Source of the DNA: an uncultured Acidimicrobiia bacterium | GTDB lineage: Bacteria > Acidobacteriota > Terriglobia > Versatilivoradales > Versatilivoraceae | Assembly (NCBI GenBank): GCA_963786955.1 | Contig: CAWBAT010000006.1 | Coordinates: 448,001 to 512,000 of the forward strand | Direction: 5' to 3' | Length of the DNA stretch: 64,000 nt | Shown: positions 33,048-45,395 of the stretch, piece by piece | How the letters are laid out: each line of letters begins with the position of its first letter | How positions within the stretch are numbered: the first letter of the stretch is position 1 | Notes under the pieces: model-generated | The model's input: only the letters and a program-made list of their open reading frames with translations | What the model was told of the DNA's origin: nothing | Databases searched by the model: none | Made by a program: the position numbers and the translations under genes

Positions 33048-33413
33048 TCAAGTCCAATCCTCTCCTGGAAATATGACCCCAAAAAAGTCCGTTGTTTGAA
33101 TGAATTCAATGCCGACGTGACCGAGAGAGTCGTCTTGTTGTGATCCAATCCACACAATCCGAAAATCGGACCAGTGTTCGCTGGATTTAATCCGCACCTG
33201 CAAGATCGAGTCTTCCCCTAATTCATGAACTGAGAAGATACGCGCCCCGTATTTACTGACAACAAAAGTCTCTGTTTCTTCTTCGAATTCATAGCCATTT
33301 TGGTCGATTCCCCTAATTACCACAGGGATGCGAACCATGGCTCGAGGACTGCGACGCAGGACATATCCTTTCACGTCACCAGAGTTTTCTGCGTTGGACT
33401 CTTTTGCTTTCAT
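33048..33413 (-). CDS. PilZ-like domain protein
   Basis: RRSPRAMVRIPV (RxxxR), VVSKYGA and VGIEF. Confidence 0.75.
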   Translation of the reverse strand: MKAKESNAENSGDVKGYVLRRSPRAMVRIPVVIRGIDQNGYEFEEETETFVVSKYGARIFSVHELGEDSILQVRIKSSEHWSDFRIVWIGSQQDDSLGHVGIEFIQTTDFFGVIFPGEDWT

Positions 33414-33531
33414 AAATCCTCGCAAGTACAGGATGATAACAGACAGTTTTTGCCAGAGCGGCCGAGCCTCTCCGGCAATCGACACTCTTATATTTCGGAA
33501 AAATGGACATAAAAGATAAGCGTTTATTTTG

Positions 33532-34582
<1,051 letters not shown>

Positions 34583-35038
34583 TCAGGAATTGTGCCTTCC
34601 TCAAAGTTATCGGCAACCCCTATAAACACATTAGACTTGCATGGAAGATTCTAGTTGAGCAGATGCATGGAAAAGTTTCACGGGGGCCCAAAGGTCGCTC
34701 CTCTGGAATTTCAGAATCGGTGGGCACTGTTTCCCACAAACTAAAGGCTCCTAGCGGAGCCAAAGGCAATCGATGAACATTCATTTGACTCCGGGATTTG
34801 CGAAGAACATAATTTCAGGGCTCTGGATCTTACCCAATCAATCTATTTTTCGGAGATCAGTCGCCGTCTATTCCCCTTTCGGTAGGGCAGGTTGAACGAA
34901 GTCTAATGGAGGAATTTTTCCCGTTCATTCAAAATATTCCTCCGGCTGATATCGGTCTTCAAATTGGAATTCACTAACCAAAGCAAGAGTGATCAAGCCA
35001 AGCTATTATACTTAAGCCGACAATAAGGAACGCAACGT

Positions 35039-35972
35039 ATGAAAATTGCTCTTGACCCATGGATGGTGCGCGACCGATCTCTTGATCAGGTCTGCCAATT
35101 TGCTGCGGAAACCGGCTACCAGTGGATTGAGCTATCCCCTCGCGAAGATTTCTTGCCCTTCTATGTTGCTCCGCAAGCTAACCGAGAGCGCATCACCGAG
35201 TTAAAGCGGGCTTTGCAGCGTCATGGCGTCAATTGGCGTCGCTCTGGACCGTCTATCACTGGTCTGACCCGAGTGATTTAGAGGCTCGCGAAATGGCTGT
35301 TCGCTATTGGAAGCATGCCATCCAGATTGCCGTCGAATTGGAATGCTCTCATCTCAACTCAGAATTCAGTGGCCGCCCGGAATCCGCGAAAAAGAGTCGG
35401 CATCGTTCTGGCGTTCCATGGAGGAACTGGTCCCCATTCTCGATAAAGAAAAAATCACTCTCAGCATTGAGCCCCACCCGGATGATTTCGTGGAAGAAGG
35501 CAATGCGGCGGTGGATATTATCCGGGCTCTCGGGTCGCCACATGTCCGGTATCTTTACTGTGCGCCGCACACCTTCCATATGGGTGGTGACATCTCCGGG
35601 ATGATCCGCTACGCGGCCCGGTGTTGGCGCACGTACACGTTGCCGACACCTTAGATCACCGGATTCCTGTCCGTTACATTGTCAATCCCTCAGGCTCCGA
35701 CAGTACGCATTCATCAACACACTAATATCGGGGAAGGAGAACTGGACTGGGACATATTTTTCCGCACGTTGCAGGAGATCGAGTTTGGCGGAATCATGAC
35801 CAACTCGGTCTTCGCTTGGCCAGACCAGGCAGAGCAGTCAGCACGGCTTATGTTGGAACGAATAAACAGTGTATTTGGCTCAATATCCACCGAGCACAAA
35901 AACTTAGATCAATGGCCGATGAGAATGGAATCGGTAAGCAGTATTAGCCATTTACCCAAGGAGGAGCAATGA
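35039..35972 (+). CDS. Sugar phosphate isomerase/epimerase, IolH-like (several indels)
   Basis: MKIALDPWM, IELSPREDF, IEPHPDDF, YLYCAPHTFH and HQHTNIGEGELDW. Confidence 0.8.
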
Positions 35973-36820
35973 GAGGAAGTTCGATTACGCTGGAAGATTA
36001 CACCCTGGAAGAGGTTGTGCGCATTTTTCGCGACAATGGATTTGATCGGGTGGAAATGTGGAAGCATCAATTGCGGCGTTGTAAAACGGATGAGCTTCGC
36101 CAGAAATTTGCAGCCTACGCTAAGGGAATGGGAATCGCGATGGGTGGGCTGAACGCCGTGGGGGAGGATTATTTCCAGCCGTTTGGGACAGATCAACAAT
36201 TCCAGGCAACATTGGACGGGCTGAAGGCCGACACGGAATTTGCCCTGTCTCTGGGAACCAAGGATGTCTTGATCTGGGAAGGGCGTGCCCCTCAGGGAAG
36301 CACGGAGAGTGAATGGTTGGACCGTTTGCTCCCTCGGCTAGTTGAACTATTACAGTCCGCCATCGCCTTTGCGGCCCCAAGGGCGTGCGTTTGCATGGTC
36401 GAACCGCATCCGTTCACGATAGGAATGAGCGATCGCGTACTCGTAAAATTATGTGACAAGCTGGATTCGGCTCACTTCGGAGTAACGTATGACTTTTGCC
36501 ATTATGGAGTCGGAAGGCCTAAGGACTATGTGACCGCGGTCCATGCTTTAGGGCCGAGAATTCGGCACATTCACTTCTCTGATTCCGACCAAAAAAGTTC
36601 AGAGTTGCATTTCCCCCCCGGGCAGGGCCGAATGGATTTGGAGTCTCTATTGAAGGCATTCAAAAACATCGGTTATGACGGGACCATGGCCTTGGATATG
36701 TATGGGTATCCATTGCCAGTGCAGGCTCTGCCGGGTGCGGCATCTCGAATGCGTGAGGCATGCGAGTTCTTAGGACTGAGGGGTGACGCCTGCCGAAAAG
36801 AGCGGCGCAACGGTCTGTGA
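35969..36820 (+). CDS. Sugar phosphate isomerase/epimerase (AP endonuclease 2 TIM barrel)
   Basis: VEPHP, YDFCHY, HIHFSD and PGQGRMD motifs. Confidence 0.85.
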   Translation: MRGSSITLEDYTLEEVVRIFRDNGFDRVEMWKHQLRRCKTDELRQKFAAYAKGMGIAMGGLNAVGEDYFQPFGTDQQFQATLDGLKADTEFALSLGTKDVLIWEGRAPQGSTESEWLDRLLPRLVELLQSAIAFAAPRACVCMVEPHPFTIGMSDRVLVKLCDKLDSAHFGVTYDFCHYGVGRPKDYVTAVHALGPRIRHIHFSDSDQKSSELHFPPGQGRMDLESLLKAFKNIGYDGTMALDMYGYPLPVQALPGAASRMREACEFLGLRGDACRKERRNGL

Positions 36821-36947
36821 CTGCCCTGTTCTCCGAACTTCACGAGCTGCCAGTGGGATGAACGCGCGTGAGGGACCGGCGTCGCAGAGCTCTGCCCTCC
36901 AGATTGGATTGTCAAGGGCTTGGGGGGAGAAGTCATTAAGGCCCTCA

Positions 36948-38733
36948 TTATTCCCTTTCTCGATCTACAATCAAATCAAAGTCACCTTCCAGTACTCGGT
37001 CGAGTTTGCCGGTTCGCCACCCACGGACACCATCGCGCACCAAAGGCGAGGGATGCTCGCGGTACCGCCGCACTACCGTGAGGTTTGCCGGCCCATGAGA
37101 ATCAAAAGCATGGATCGCTTGCTGACGAAGAGGTTCTAGACCAGGTCCGACGGGCTCATCCGGTTGAGGCACAACACGCACTTGCATCCGGCAACGCTTA
37201 AACGACTTTTCCTCTTGCTCAGGGATCTCTAAAATGTGTAGGCCATCTTCAGGGTGCAGAATCGGAAATGCGGCGAACCCAGACAAGCCAAGAAGGAGAT
37301 GGTAAGGAGTTTTTCCGTCTCCTCCGACTTCTTCGAGAAGTTGAATCTGCATGCGCCGTTTTTCGGCCCAACCGCGGTACATCTTACCCAACCTAACGGC
37401 AAATTCATCATTCAATGATGCCGCCACCCCGGAATCTCTGCTGGCTTGAACCAAGAGAAACGCTTCAGACGGGTGCTTCGTTTGGAGGTTGGAGCAAGCC
37501 TTCTCAAGCAAATACAATTGTTGGGCGAGTCGCTTCATCAAATCGCGAGGAAAGTGCAGTCTATTTTCGTTTCTTCCGCCTGACAAACGCCTTAGCAGCG
37601 ACCCGGCCGTCTCAAATCCTGACTCAATCCGGTCCAAATACTCTACTTTCCCAAGGATCGCAAATCGATCGGACGAGTTCCAAAAATCAGGGCAGGAAAT
37701 TAAGGAAAGTGAATCCATCTTGCTGTCTTGCCATTCTGTGCTTCCTACGATCTGACCCAGCCTTTCATGGTGTGAGCGGAGGCAGCTCATCTCAGGGGAC
37801 GTCCCCAGAGCATCCAGAGCGATCTCCTCTATCTGGACGGCATCATCCGGCTCCACCGCACCCATCACTAAACCAATTCCCTCAGTTGCCGTATCATCGA
37901 CCGCATCAGGATCGACAAATTCAACCCTCAAGTCCTTGCCATCACTTCTGACAAAGAGAAACTGGTCTCCCTCCGGAAATTGATGGTTGACAATCGTATT
38001 GGCTAACGGTGAAAGCAGATAGCGCTCAATCGCACGCTTGAGAGGCCGCGCACCCAAATCAGGCGTAAAGCCTTTTTCGAGGAGGAATTCGGTCGCCGCA
38101 TCGTCACATTCTACGGCCCACGCACGATTCCGTAGTCCGCGACGCTGAAAGACCTCATCGAGTTCTTTGCGCAATATCTCACGCATAGTATCCCGACTGA
38201 GCGGACGAAACACGATTACCCGGTCAATACGATTTAAGAATTCCTTTCGGAAGGAATGATTTACTGCACGCTCCACGGCTGCCGGGTTAAACCTGGAACT
38301 GTCGGGACTGAACCCCAGACTCGCACCGCTTGGAACCGTACCACCAAGGTTGGATGTCATGATGATGGCGTGACGGAAGTCTGCCGTGATCCCACTCCGG
38401 TCGGTGAGTCTTCCATCGTCAAAGACTTGCAGGAAAAGATCCCATATCCTGGAATTCGCTTTCTCAAACTCATCCAATAAAATCACTGAAAACGGCTGCT
38501 TCTGGATGAGCTGAATTCTGATAGTAATCATTCAGTGCAGAGGCTAGGGTGTAAGGTAATGCGAGATCGGGCTTTACCGGCGGCTTCGAGGTAGCATGGT
38601 CCGAAGGTTGAGAACGCGGGAGATCTAACTTGGTCAGCTTTGGTGGAGCTTTCAGCATATGCTGTGAAATTTGCCAGAGCAAGTATAAGAGCCCAAGAAA
38701 AAGGGCCAAAAAAAAGACTTCCGTGCTGCTCAT
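36948..38733 (-). CDS. ClpA/B-like AAA+ ATPase fused to a GGQ-less release-factor-2-like domain; apparent internal deletion near 38500
   Basis: PFSVILLDEFEKA, LQVFDDGRLTD, IIMTSNLG, FRKEFLNRID and GARPLKRAIE, then RF2-like PDFWN, MYRGWAEKRR, EDGLH and VRRY..P..LVRD..GWRTGKLDRVLEGDFD. An N-terminal TM segment lies in ORF 38470..38733 in another frame. No Walker A is present. Confidence 0.78.
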
Positions 38734-39565
38734 AACTCACTCTCTAGGGAAAATCTGGAATAAGAATAGCAGATAGAGTATGCAAATTCAGCAAGTGGAT
38801 TTAGAATTCTCCGCCGGAGTTCCGTACTTGCAATCACAGGTCACCCCTCTGGAAGCTATAGAAGCGAACGCGGCTGGCGACTACAATCAGTAGGCTTCTA
38901 GCGGAACCCATGACTTGCTTAATGAGTTATGATGAGAGTAAGCTGCGAAGAAATGATTTTCAACTAAGTGGTTTTTCATAAAATGAGAAGAAAAGCCACG
39001 GACCCCGATTTCTGGTCCGCGTTACAGCCCGCAAGCCGCAGCGCGGCGGCCTGATTATTGAACCTGAAATTCTATCAGAGGCGAAGCTCCGTCAGGAGCG
39101 ACCCGTTGGCGTTTGTGCTGCGCCGAATCAACGCACAAAGTGGAAATATGACACACGACATACTAAGACTCAACGGCTTCGAGCTCAAATTCTCAAGTGT
39201 AGGAAAGTGTTGGCCCCACAGAGCCGATAAGACCTTAGATCGTATATAATAATTTTGTTTTTTTCAGCAATAGTGTGATGTGCTAACTGAGTTTGGGCGA
39301 GCGTGGGAGCTATACTCATCCATCAACTGAACAGCCAATGAGAAGCATTGGGGAATATCAATAGAAATAGATGCAGACAACCAATCTCGTCTGACGATTT
39401 GAAAAATAACCCATCATGAAACGACCGACTAACATTAAAATTCCAGGATTTGCTCTTTATCCGTCTAGACTGGTTCGAAAAAACAGTTCCTCTGGGTAAC
39501 ATCTCGTCCTTTTGTTCGTAGTCTGTTCCCATTTTTTGAAAAAAACAGAAAGGAGTTTTTATTAG

Positions 39566-40687
39566 ATGCAAATCTCTAACAGTAAGGTCCTCATCACTGG
39601 TGGAGCAGGCTTGATTGGTTCCCACCTTGCTGATGCGCTTCTAACACGAAATTGCCGGGTTAAGCTCCTGGATAGCCTTGAACCCTATACCCATCCACAC
39701 GGAGTACCTGAATGGATCCCTCGGGAAGTGGAGTTTATTTCCGGCAATCTCCGAGATAAGGGCACTCTTGAGGAAGCCCTTCATGACGTGGACTTGGTAT
39801 TCCACCAAGCTGCATTCACCGGATTTGATCCTGAGTCCACACGTTATCTCGATGCAAACACTTTGGGTACTGCACAAATCTTCGACGCCATCGCAGAACA
39901 GCACTTTCCGGTACGAAAAATCATAGTCGCCTCTTCTCTTTCCATCTATGGAGAGGGGAAGTACCAGTGCCAGAACCACGGGGTCAGTTATCCTGAGATG
40001 CGCCCCATAGCAAAGCTCAAGCAACATCATTGGCAGCCTGAGTGTCTTTTGTGTGGCAAGGTCCTAGAATGGCTGCCCACCGACGAAGCGAGTCCTACAC
40101 TGCCCTTCACACCCTACGCAGTCTCTAAGTACGCTGCTGAGCTTCTTGCACTTGCGCTGGGAAAACGGCTGGAGATACCAACCGTAGCGCTTCGTTACGC
40201 TGTGGCCTACGGCCCTCGCCAGTCCATATTTAACGCATACAGCACTGTCATCACTACCTTTGCTACTTTACTGGCTAATGACCGGCCTCCAGTACTCTAC
40301 GAAGATGGCCAGCAATGCCGCGACTGGACGTACGTGGAAGATATCGTCCGCGCAAATCTTTTCGTGATGGAAGACGAGCGTACAAACTACCAATCCTATA
40401 ACGTGGGGACTGGAGAGGCAGGAAGTGTCAGACAAATCGCCGAACTGCTTGCCAAGGGTCTAGGGCGATCTATTGAGCCCGTAACACCTGGGCAGTTTCG
40501 ACCTGGAGACATCAGGAACTTGGTTCTCGACGTCAGCAAGCTGCGGGCTCTTGGTTTCGAGACCCGCTTGTCTTTAGAGGAGGGTATTGCTCGGTTTTTA
40601 ATTTGGTTTCAGTCCTTGGGAAAAGTCCCACAGTACTACTCTATTCTTGAAGAACGAATGCGAACTAGCGGCGAACTCCTCTCTTAA
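39566..40687 (+). CDS. NAD-dependent epimerase/dehydratase with a Cys-rich insertion
   Basis: TGGAGLIG, YAVSK, YGPRQS and FRPGDIR; CxxH..CxxC insert. Confidence 0.92.
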   Translation: MQISNSKVLITGGAGLIGSHLADALLTRNCRVKLLDSLEPYTHPHGVPEWIPREVEFISGNLRDKGTLEEALHDVDLVFHQAAFTGFDPESTRYLDANTLGTAQIFDAIAEQHFPVRKIIVASSLSIYGEGKYQCQNHGVSYPEMRPIAKLKQHHWQPECLLCGKVLEWLPTDEASPTLPFTPYAVSKYAAELLALALGKRLEIPTVALRYAVAYGPRQSIFNAYSTVITTFATLLANDRPPVLYEDGQQCRDWTYVEDIVRANLFVMEDERTNYQSYNVGTGEAGSVRQIAELLAKGLGRSIEPVTPGQFRPGDIRNLVLDVSKLRALGFETRLSLEEGIARFLIWFQSLGKVPQYYSILEERMRTSGELLS

Positions 40688-40837
40688 GAGAAGGTGATGC
40701 GTAGGGAACATGCCAGTCGATAGGACGCAAGTATTGGCCTCGGAAATATCACTATTCAGGAACTGACTATTTACATGGCCGAAATCTGATTCCAGAATAG
40801 GGCTTACGAGGGCCCATCTGTTTACGTTTCGACATCT

Positions 40838-42820
40838 CTAGCGACAGTAGCTTATATCCCAGAGGATGAGTGGCTTGGGTAAGGATACACCATTGACAGG
40901 GTTCTTATCCAGGCGGTCAATTTCTTGCAGCGCAACGCACTTGTCAAGTAGGAGTCTGGGATATCCCATAGTATATAGGTGAGTCGCACCAAGCTCTTTC
41001 AAGGTAGATAATCTTAAACTGTAGGCATCAGACGCCTCTTCTGCATCCAGATTCCATAACCAGGCTTTCTTAGGTGGCTCCTCTGCTAATATACGGATAG
41101 ACTCCATAAAATTCACAACCCGATTCTGAAGAGTTTTACCATAGAGGCCATAATTGTTAGGACGAGAACTTAGATTAACTATGACAGAACCTTGGGGAAG
41201 ATTGTCGATCGCTGAAGGATAACCATAGAAAGCATGACGGGTGAAATTTCTTGAATGAAGAAAACTACTGCCGAATTCAACAAGTTGCTGGGAAAAGATA
41301 ACAAACAACATGAAGCAGATGCATAGGGCGATCACAAATTCCAAACAGGTTCGAGATAGTCCTCTTGTCTGACTTACCGTCGACGCAACCAGAGGCACAA
41401 GAAATATCAGTGCTCCCATGCAATATCTGGGCTGGCGATCACCCAATACCCACCAAACTGAAAAAACGAGAATCCCACCCACGAGTAATGAGGCAATTGC
41501 ATGCCTCCTCCGGGTTCTTCCCTTGAATACACGGATCAGGCTCGTTAGACAAGCGACTGGAACTGCACATGCGAAAAAAGCCCCCAATCCTGACGACCCC
41601 TTGTAGTTCTGACCAATATAGTGCCACTCGAGCCACGGATAGGCGTACCATTCAATTGAGGAGCGCACAAACTCGAATTGAGTGTCGAGTATTTGGGAGC
41701 GACGCAAGTAGTCAATGTCCGGCGCTTTCGTCCAACCAAACGTCTCGAACAAAGGCAAGTACACAGGATAGAGCGGATTTCCCAATTGTGTTTGGTTTCG
41801 CAAAAGCCAAAAAGCAGCCATGCTAAAGAAGGAGATCAGGAAAACGAGTGCGGGGTAGACGCTGCTCGTAAACCCAATTTTTGGCAGTTTATCCCGAGAT
41901 TTCCTGGAAGCCAGAAGTAGAATTAAAAAGAACAAGAACGCAGCACTTATCAAGTGCAAGCTCTTAAATCCGAAAGCCAGTCCTGCCGCCAGACCCCCCA
42001 GAACCTGATGTGACAGTGGATGATCCGATTTCGATATCGTAAAAAAGACGGCAATTGCCAGAAACGTAACTCCTCCAAGGTCAGCTTCTGTCTCAAAAGC
42101 AGCAATGCCTATCATCGGAATACTCAAAATGCCGAGTGATGCCAGCAAGCTGGCGATCTTGTCGGCTCCGATTGCTTGGCCAAGTCCATAGGTGGCAATA
42201 ACCAGGGTAACCACAAATACCAAGTTGGAGACTGCCAGAAGATGTTCAGATATGAATCCCAGAAAAAAACTGAAATAAATGCTCGCATTTGCAGGATGAG
42301 TGTGGAGAAATGAGGTGTCCCATATCTTAAGCGACTGCGATTGAATGATGTTGACCGCGAGCGGTAAATGATAAGCACTCGCTTCAAATCCACGGGGGAA
42401 CCCTGGGATGATCATTAAGGCTATCAAAACGAAAGTAAAAAATGTGGTGATCCCAAGTGCTCGGCTTAAACCCTTCCCCGGCATGGAAACTCCATCCACG
42501 ACATTTTGTACTTGACCGAAATGGTAGTCACGCTTCGTCAGCACAGATCCCATTTCGGGGAAGTACAAACAACTCGCGCCAAGCGCAACAAGGGCAACCA
42601 CGGAGCCATAATAAAGATTCACGACAGGAATATTAAAAGCTAGATTTATGAAGCCTAGGACAAAATATCCACCAAAAAAAATTGTAAAGAAAAGAACCAC
42701 CCAAGTCAGAAACGCTGTAACGCTATCTTTCTCTTTAGACCTAACCATCATTTGTCGCGCTGACAAGCTGGCAAAGACGACACACGTCAAGAGATAGAGA
42801 ACTGAAGCAAGAGTGCTCAT
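40838..42820 (-). CDS. Polytopic membrane protein, probable GT-C-fold glycosyltransferase
   Basis: 660 aa with many TM segments; YHLP, GLAFGFK, RNxxxxGNPLYP and QPRY motifs. Confidence 0.65.
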   Translation of the reverse strand: MSTLASVLYLLTCVVFASLSARQMMVRSKEKDSVTAFLTWVVLFFTIFFGGYFVLGFINLAFNIPVVNLYYGSVVALVALGASCLYFPEMGSVLTKRDYHFGQVQNVVDGVSMPGKGLSRALGITTFFTFVLIALMIIPGFPRGFEASAYHLPLAVNIIQSQSLKIWDTSFLHTHPANASIYFSFFLGFISEHLLAVSNLVFVVTLVIATYGLGQAIGADKIASLLASLGILSIPMIGIAAFETEADLGGVTFLAIAVFFTISKSDHPLSHQVLGGLAAGLAFGFKSLHLISAAFLFFLILLLASRKSRDKLPKIGFTSSVYPALVFLISFFSMAAFWLLRNQTQLGNPLYPVYLPLFETFGWTKAPDIDYLRRSQILDTQFEFVRSSIEWYAYPWLEWHYIGQNYKGSSGLGAFFACAVPVACLTSLIRVFKGRTRRRHAIASLLVGGILVFSVWWVLGDRQPRYCMGALIFLVPLVASTVSQTRGLSRTCLEFVIALCICFMLFVIFSQQLVEFGSSFLHSRNFTRHAFYGYPSAIDNLPQGSVIVNLSSRPNNYGLYGKTLQNRVVNFMESIRILAEEPPKKAWLWNLDAEEASDAYSLRLSTLKELGATHLYTMGYPRLLLDKCVALQEIDRLDKNPVNGVSLPKPLILWDISYCR

Positions 42821-43077
42821 TTTAGAATCACAATTGTTTTCTCAATGGTTCGGACAAGAAAAAGGATGTGGTTTTTCACGGCATAGCTGGTTAAAAAATA
42901 AACGAGCGCTGAAATCCCACTAAGCCAGACTGACATGATTGCGATCCAATCCTCTCCTTTGGTTCCCTCAATCAAAGAAGATTGCAGGCTGTCTTCTGAG
43001 CCATTTCTAGAATTCTGTGACCTTTCCTCCATCCGGAATCTCCTGATAACAGAATAGAGTAAGCTGGGGCCTGCCAT
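42817..43077 (-). CDS. Small hypothetical membrane protein
   Basis: One hydrophobic helix; the stop overlaps the next ATG (ATGA). Confidence 0.5.
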   Translation of the reverse strand: MAGPSLLYSVIRRFRMEERSQNSRNGSEDSLQSSLIEGTKGEDWIAIMSVWLSGISALVYFLTSYAVKNHILFLVRTIEKTIVILK

Positions 43078-43279
43078 TCCGCGAATCTCGGCTACAGTGG
43101 GAACCGAAGCTTTGCGTGAGTATATTCCCGGTCACGCTCTTGTAAGTCATTGTCACGAATTACAGTGGTGGGCTTGTTACAATCCAGCAGAAAACGGGAC
43201 AATGACTCTCACCTTCGAAAAGGATTTCCATTAGCTAGAGATGACACTAGATGGCAATCCTAAATTGGAAAGTTTCCGA

Positions 43280-44323
43280 TCATGTATCGCTTTTGAAAAG
43301 AGCTTCCTCGGTGGTTCTTGTATTTAATGGCAATCCATAAGACTGCTTAACGGTGTAGAGTGGACGTGCTCTGACCTCGTCATAAATTCTGGCAATATAC
43401 TGGCCGATGATCCCGAGAGAGAGCAAAATCATGCCACCTAAGAACAGCAGAACACAGATAATCGTGGCAAAGCCATAGGGACCTGCATGCGAGATCAGCC
43501 GGCGATAAGCATAGAAGAGGGCCAATACAAAGCTGCATGCCGAGATGACACAACCAGCATAGTAGATCAGCGTCAAGGGAACAGTTGAAAACGAAAAAAT
43601 CCCGTCCAAGGCAAACTTGGCTAAGCTTCTCACCCCAGACGACTGGCCGGCATAACGAGGTGGACGTTCGTAGGGAATCCCTACTTGCCGAAAGCCAATC
43701 CACGTACGAATCCCGGGAATGTACCGATTATGCTCCCGCATTGATTTCATCAGGTCCACAACTTGACGGCTCATCAAGCCAAAGCACCCTGCGTTCAACG
43801 GCATGGGTGTAGAGGACACGCGGTTCAGTATCTTATAGAAAGTGGCAAAACAAAATCGCTTGAATATACCTTCTTTTCGTTTTTGACGAACTGCGTAAAC
43901 TACGTCGTTCCCTTCTTCCCATCTTCTCAAGAATTCTGGGACAAGCTCTGGTGGATCCTGTAAATCAGCGTTTAATAAGACCACAGCTTCTCCTGAAGCT
44001 TGATCGATACCGGCGCTGAATGCCGGCTGGTTACCGAAGTTACGCCCCAAATCGATAATCTTGTACCGCGAGTCTTGGGTCTGGAGTTCCAACAGAATGG
44101 TAAGAGAACTGTCTGTGCTCCCATCATTGACAAATATCAATTCGAAGTCATACCGATTAGATCTCAAAACTTCCTCGAAATGCCTCGCCAACACTGGAAG
44201 TGATTCTTCCTCGTTATATACAGGAATGACAAGAGAAACTCGACGCTTGGTCATCCCTACCTCCAAATCAGACCTATCCACGAACACCTCTTTCCCCCAT
44301 ACAGCTTGCTTATTGTCTTTCAT
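43280..44323 (-). CDS. GT2 polyprenol-phosphate glycosyltransferase (GtrB/ArnC-like)
   Basis: VIPVYNEE, VNDGSTD, RNFG, ADLQDPPE, two C-terminal TMs and IYDEVRARPLY. Confidence 0.92.
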   Translation of the reverse strand: MKDNKQAVWGKEVFVDRSDLEVGMTKRRVSLVIPVYNEEESLPVLARHFEEVLRSNRYDFELIFVNDGSTDSSLTILLELQTQDSRYKIIDLGRNFGNQPAFSAGIDQASGEAVVLLNADLQDPPELVPEFLRRWEEGNDVVYAVRQKRKEGIFKRFCFATFYKILNRVSSTPMPLNAGCFGLMSRQVVDLMKSMREHNRYIPGIRTWIGFRQVGIPYERPPRYAGQSSGVRSLAKFALDGIFSFSTVPLTLIYYAGCVISACSFVLALFYAYRRLISHAGPYGFATIICVLLFLGGMILLSLGIIGQYIARIYDEVRARPLYTVKQSYGLPLNTRTTEEALFKSDT

Positions 44324-44348
44324 TAACCGTTTCCAGCAAAAATGCTAT

Positions 44349-45395
44349 TTATGCAAAGAATCTGTACAAAATAGAGCCACCGGCAGCCGTGATTGGATCA
44401 GGCACGGATTCATCGGTGAACAACTGGGTTAGCTTGCCTAGCAGGTTTCTCGCTTCTTCTCGTGACTGCTGACCGTTCAAATTGGCCGGAAGGTAGCGTT
44501 GATGGACGATGTTTTTCTCGGTGCAGCCGAACTGGCGTTTGAATCGAATTAACCCATCCTGATCATCATCGCTCAGGCCAAGGTCGAGCCCTGTATATCC
44601 ACGCTGTTTAGCCAACTTGATGGCTTCCCAAATCAGTAAATCGTTGGGACGAGAGCCTAGATATATCGGATCCGAAGCGTTGAATTTGTAGTATAAAGTT
44701 CGATCCCATCCTATGAATAAGCTTCCAGCAATTATCTTCCCTTGATAGATCGCAACCATCATAAAGAGCTTTTCGGCCTCAAGAAATGCCTGCCAAACAT
44801 TCTCAAAGAACTGATAGGGTTGCGCCAGGAGACGGTATTTATTCTTTCGAACCTTGAGGTGCATCTGGAAAAATCTTTCCAGGATATTAATGTCCGACAC
44901 GATCTCTACGCGAACACCCTCTTTTATAGCCTTGTTGACCGCCCTTCTTACTGAATTGTGCATCCCTCTCCACAACCGATCAAGGTCCGGTTCGACACTC
45001 AAACCATGCCACTTAGCCCGTTTGTCTGCAGCCAAGCGACTGTCAAGGAGAACGATCGAATTATGCAAACAGCGAAATACCGCCGAGCAGTTTTCCTGAG
45101 CGACGACTTCAAAAATCTTTTCCCAGGTTAGCTTGTCTTCAACCAGCGGGTCACAATAATCTGAAAATGGAAGCGAAACGATCCTTTCCCCCAGAAAATC
45201 ATTAATCTTACAACAAGGGACACCTGCGATTGGTTCACCACTTTTGTCTAGAACCACTATTGCAGATGTTTCAAAGCCATAAGTGGACTGCAAGGCTTTG
45301 ATCCACAACGGTGAATGAAACAGGCTGGAGTGCTGTCGTTGAACCAAACGATCCCAAAGTGGGTTTTTGCAGGGGTCGATTTGGAGCACCGTCAT
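44349..45395 (-). CDS. GNAT/FemAB-like acyltransferase
   Basis: FHSPLW, SLPFSDY, RPNDLLIWEAI, DLGLS and GLIRFKRQFG. Confidence 0.85.
   Translation of the reverse strand: MTVLQIDPCKNPLWDRLVQRQHSSLFHSPLWIKALQSTYGFETSAIVVLDKSGEPIAGVPCCKINDFLGERIVSLPFSDYCDPLVEDKLTWEKIFEVVAQENCSAVFRCLHNSIVLLDSRLAADKRAKWHGLSVEPDLDRLWRGMHNSVRRAVNKAIKEGVRVEIVSDINILERFFQMHLKVRKNKYRLLAQPYQFFENVWQAFLEAEKLFMMVAIYQGKIIAGSLFIGWDRTLYYKFNASDPIYLGSRPNDLLIWEAIKLAKQRGYTGLDLGLSDDDQDGLIRFKRQFGCTEKNIVHQRYLPANLNGQQSREEARNLLGKLTQLFTDESVPDPITAAGGSILYRFFA

Noticed and set aside
36948-37800. The RF-like region as a genuine prfB or prfH gene
   Set aside because: It lacks GGQ and SPF and is fused in frame to a Clp AAA+ domain.
38760-39560. 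Long intergenic region as an ncRNA or hidden gene
   Set aside because: Only short palindromes (ggcttctagcggaacc, gctccgtcaggagc) and AT-rich sequence; no supportable ORF or RNA family.
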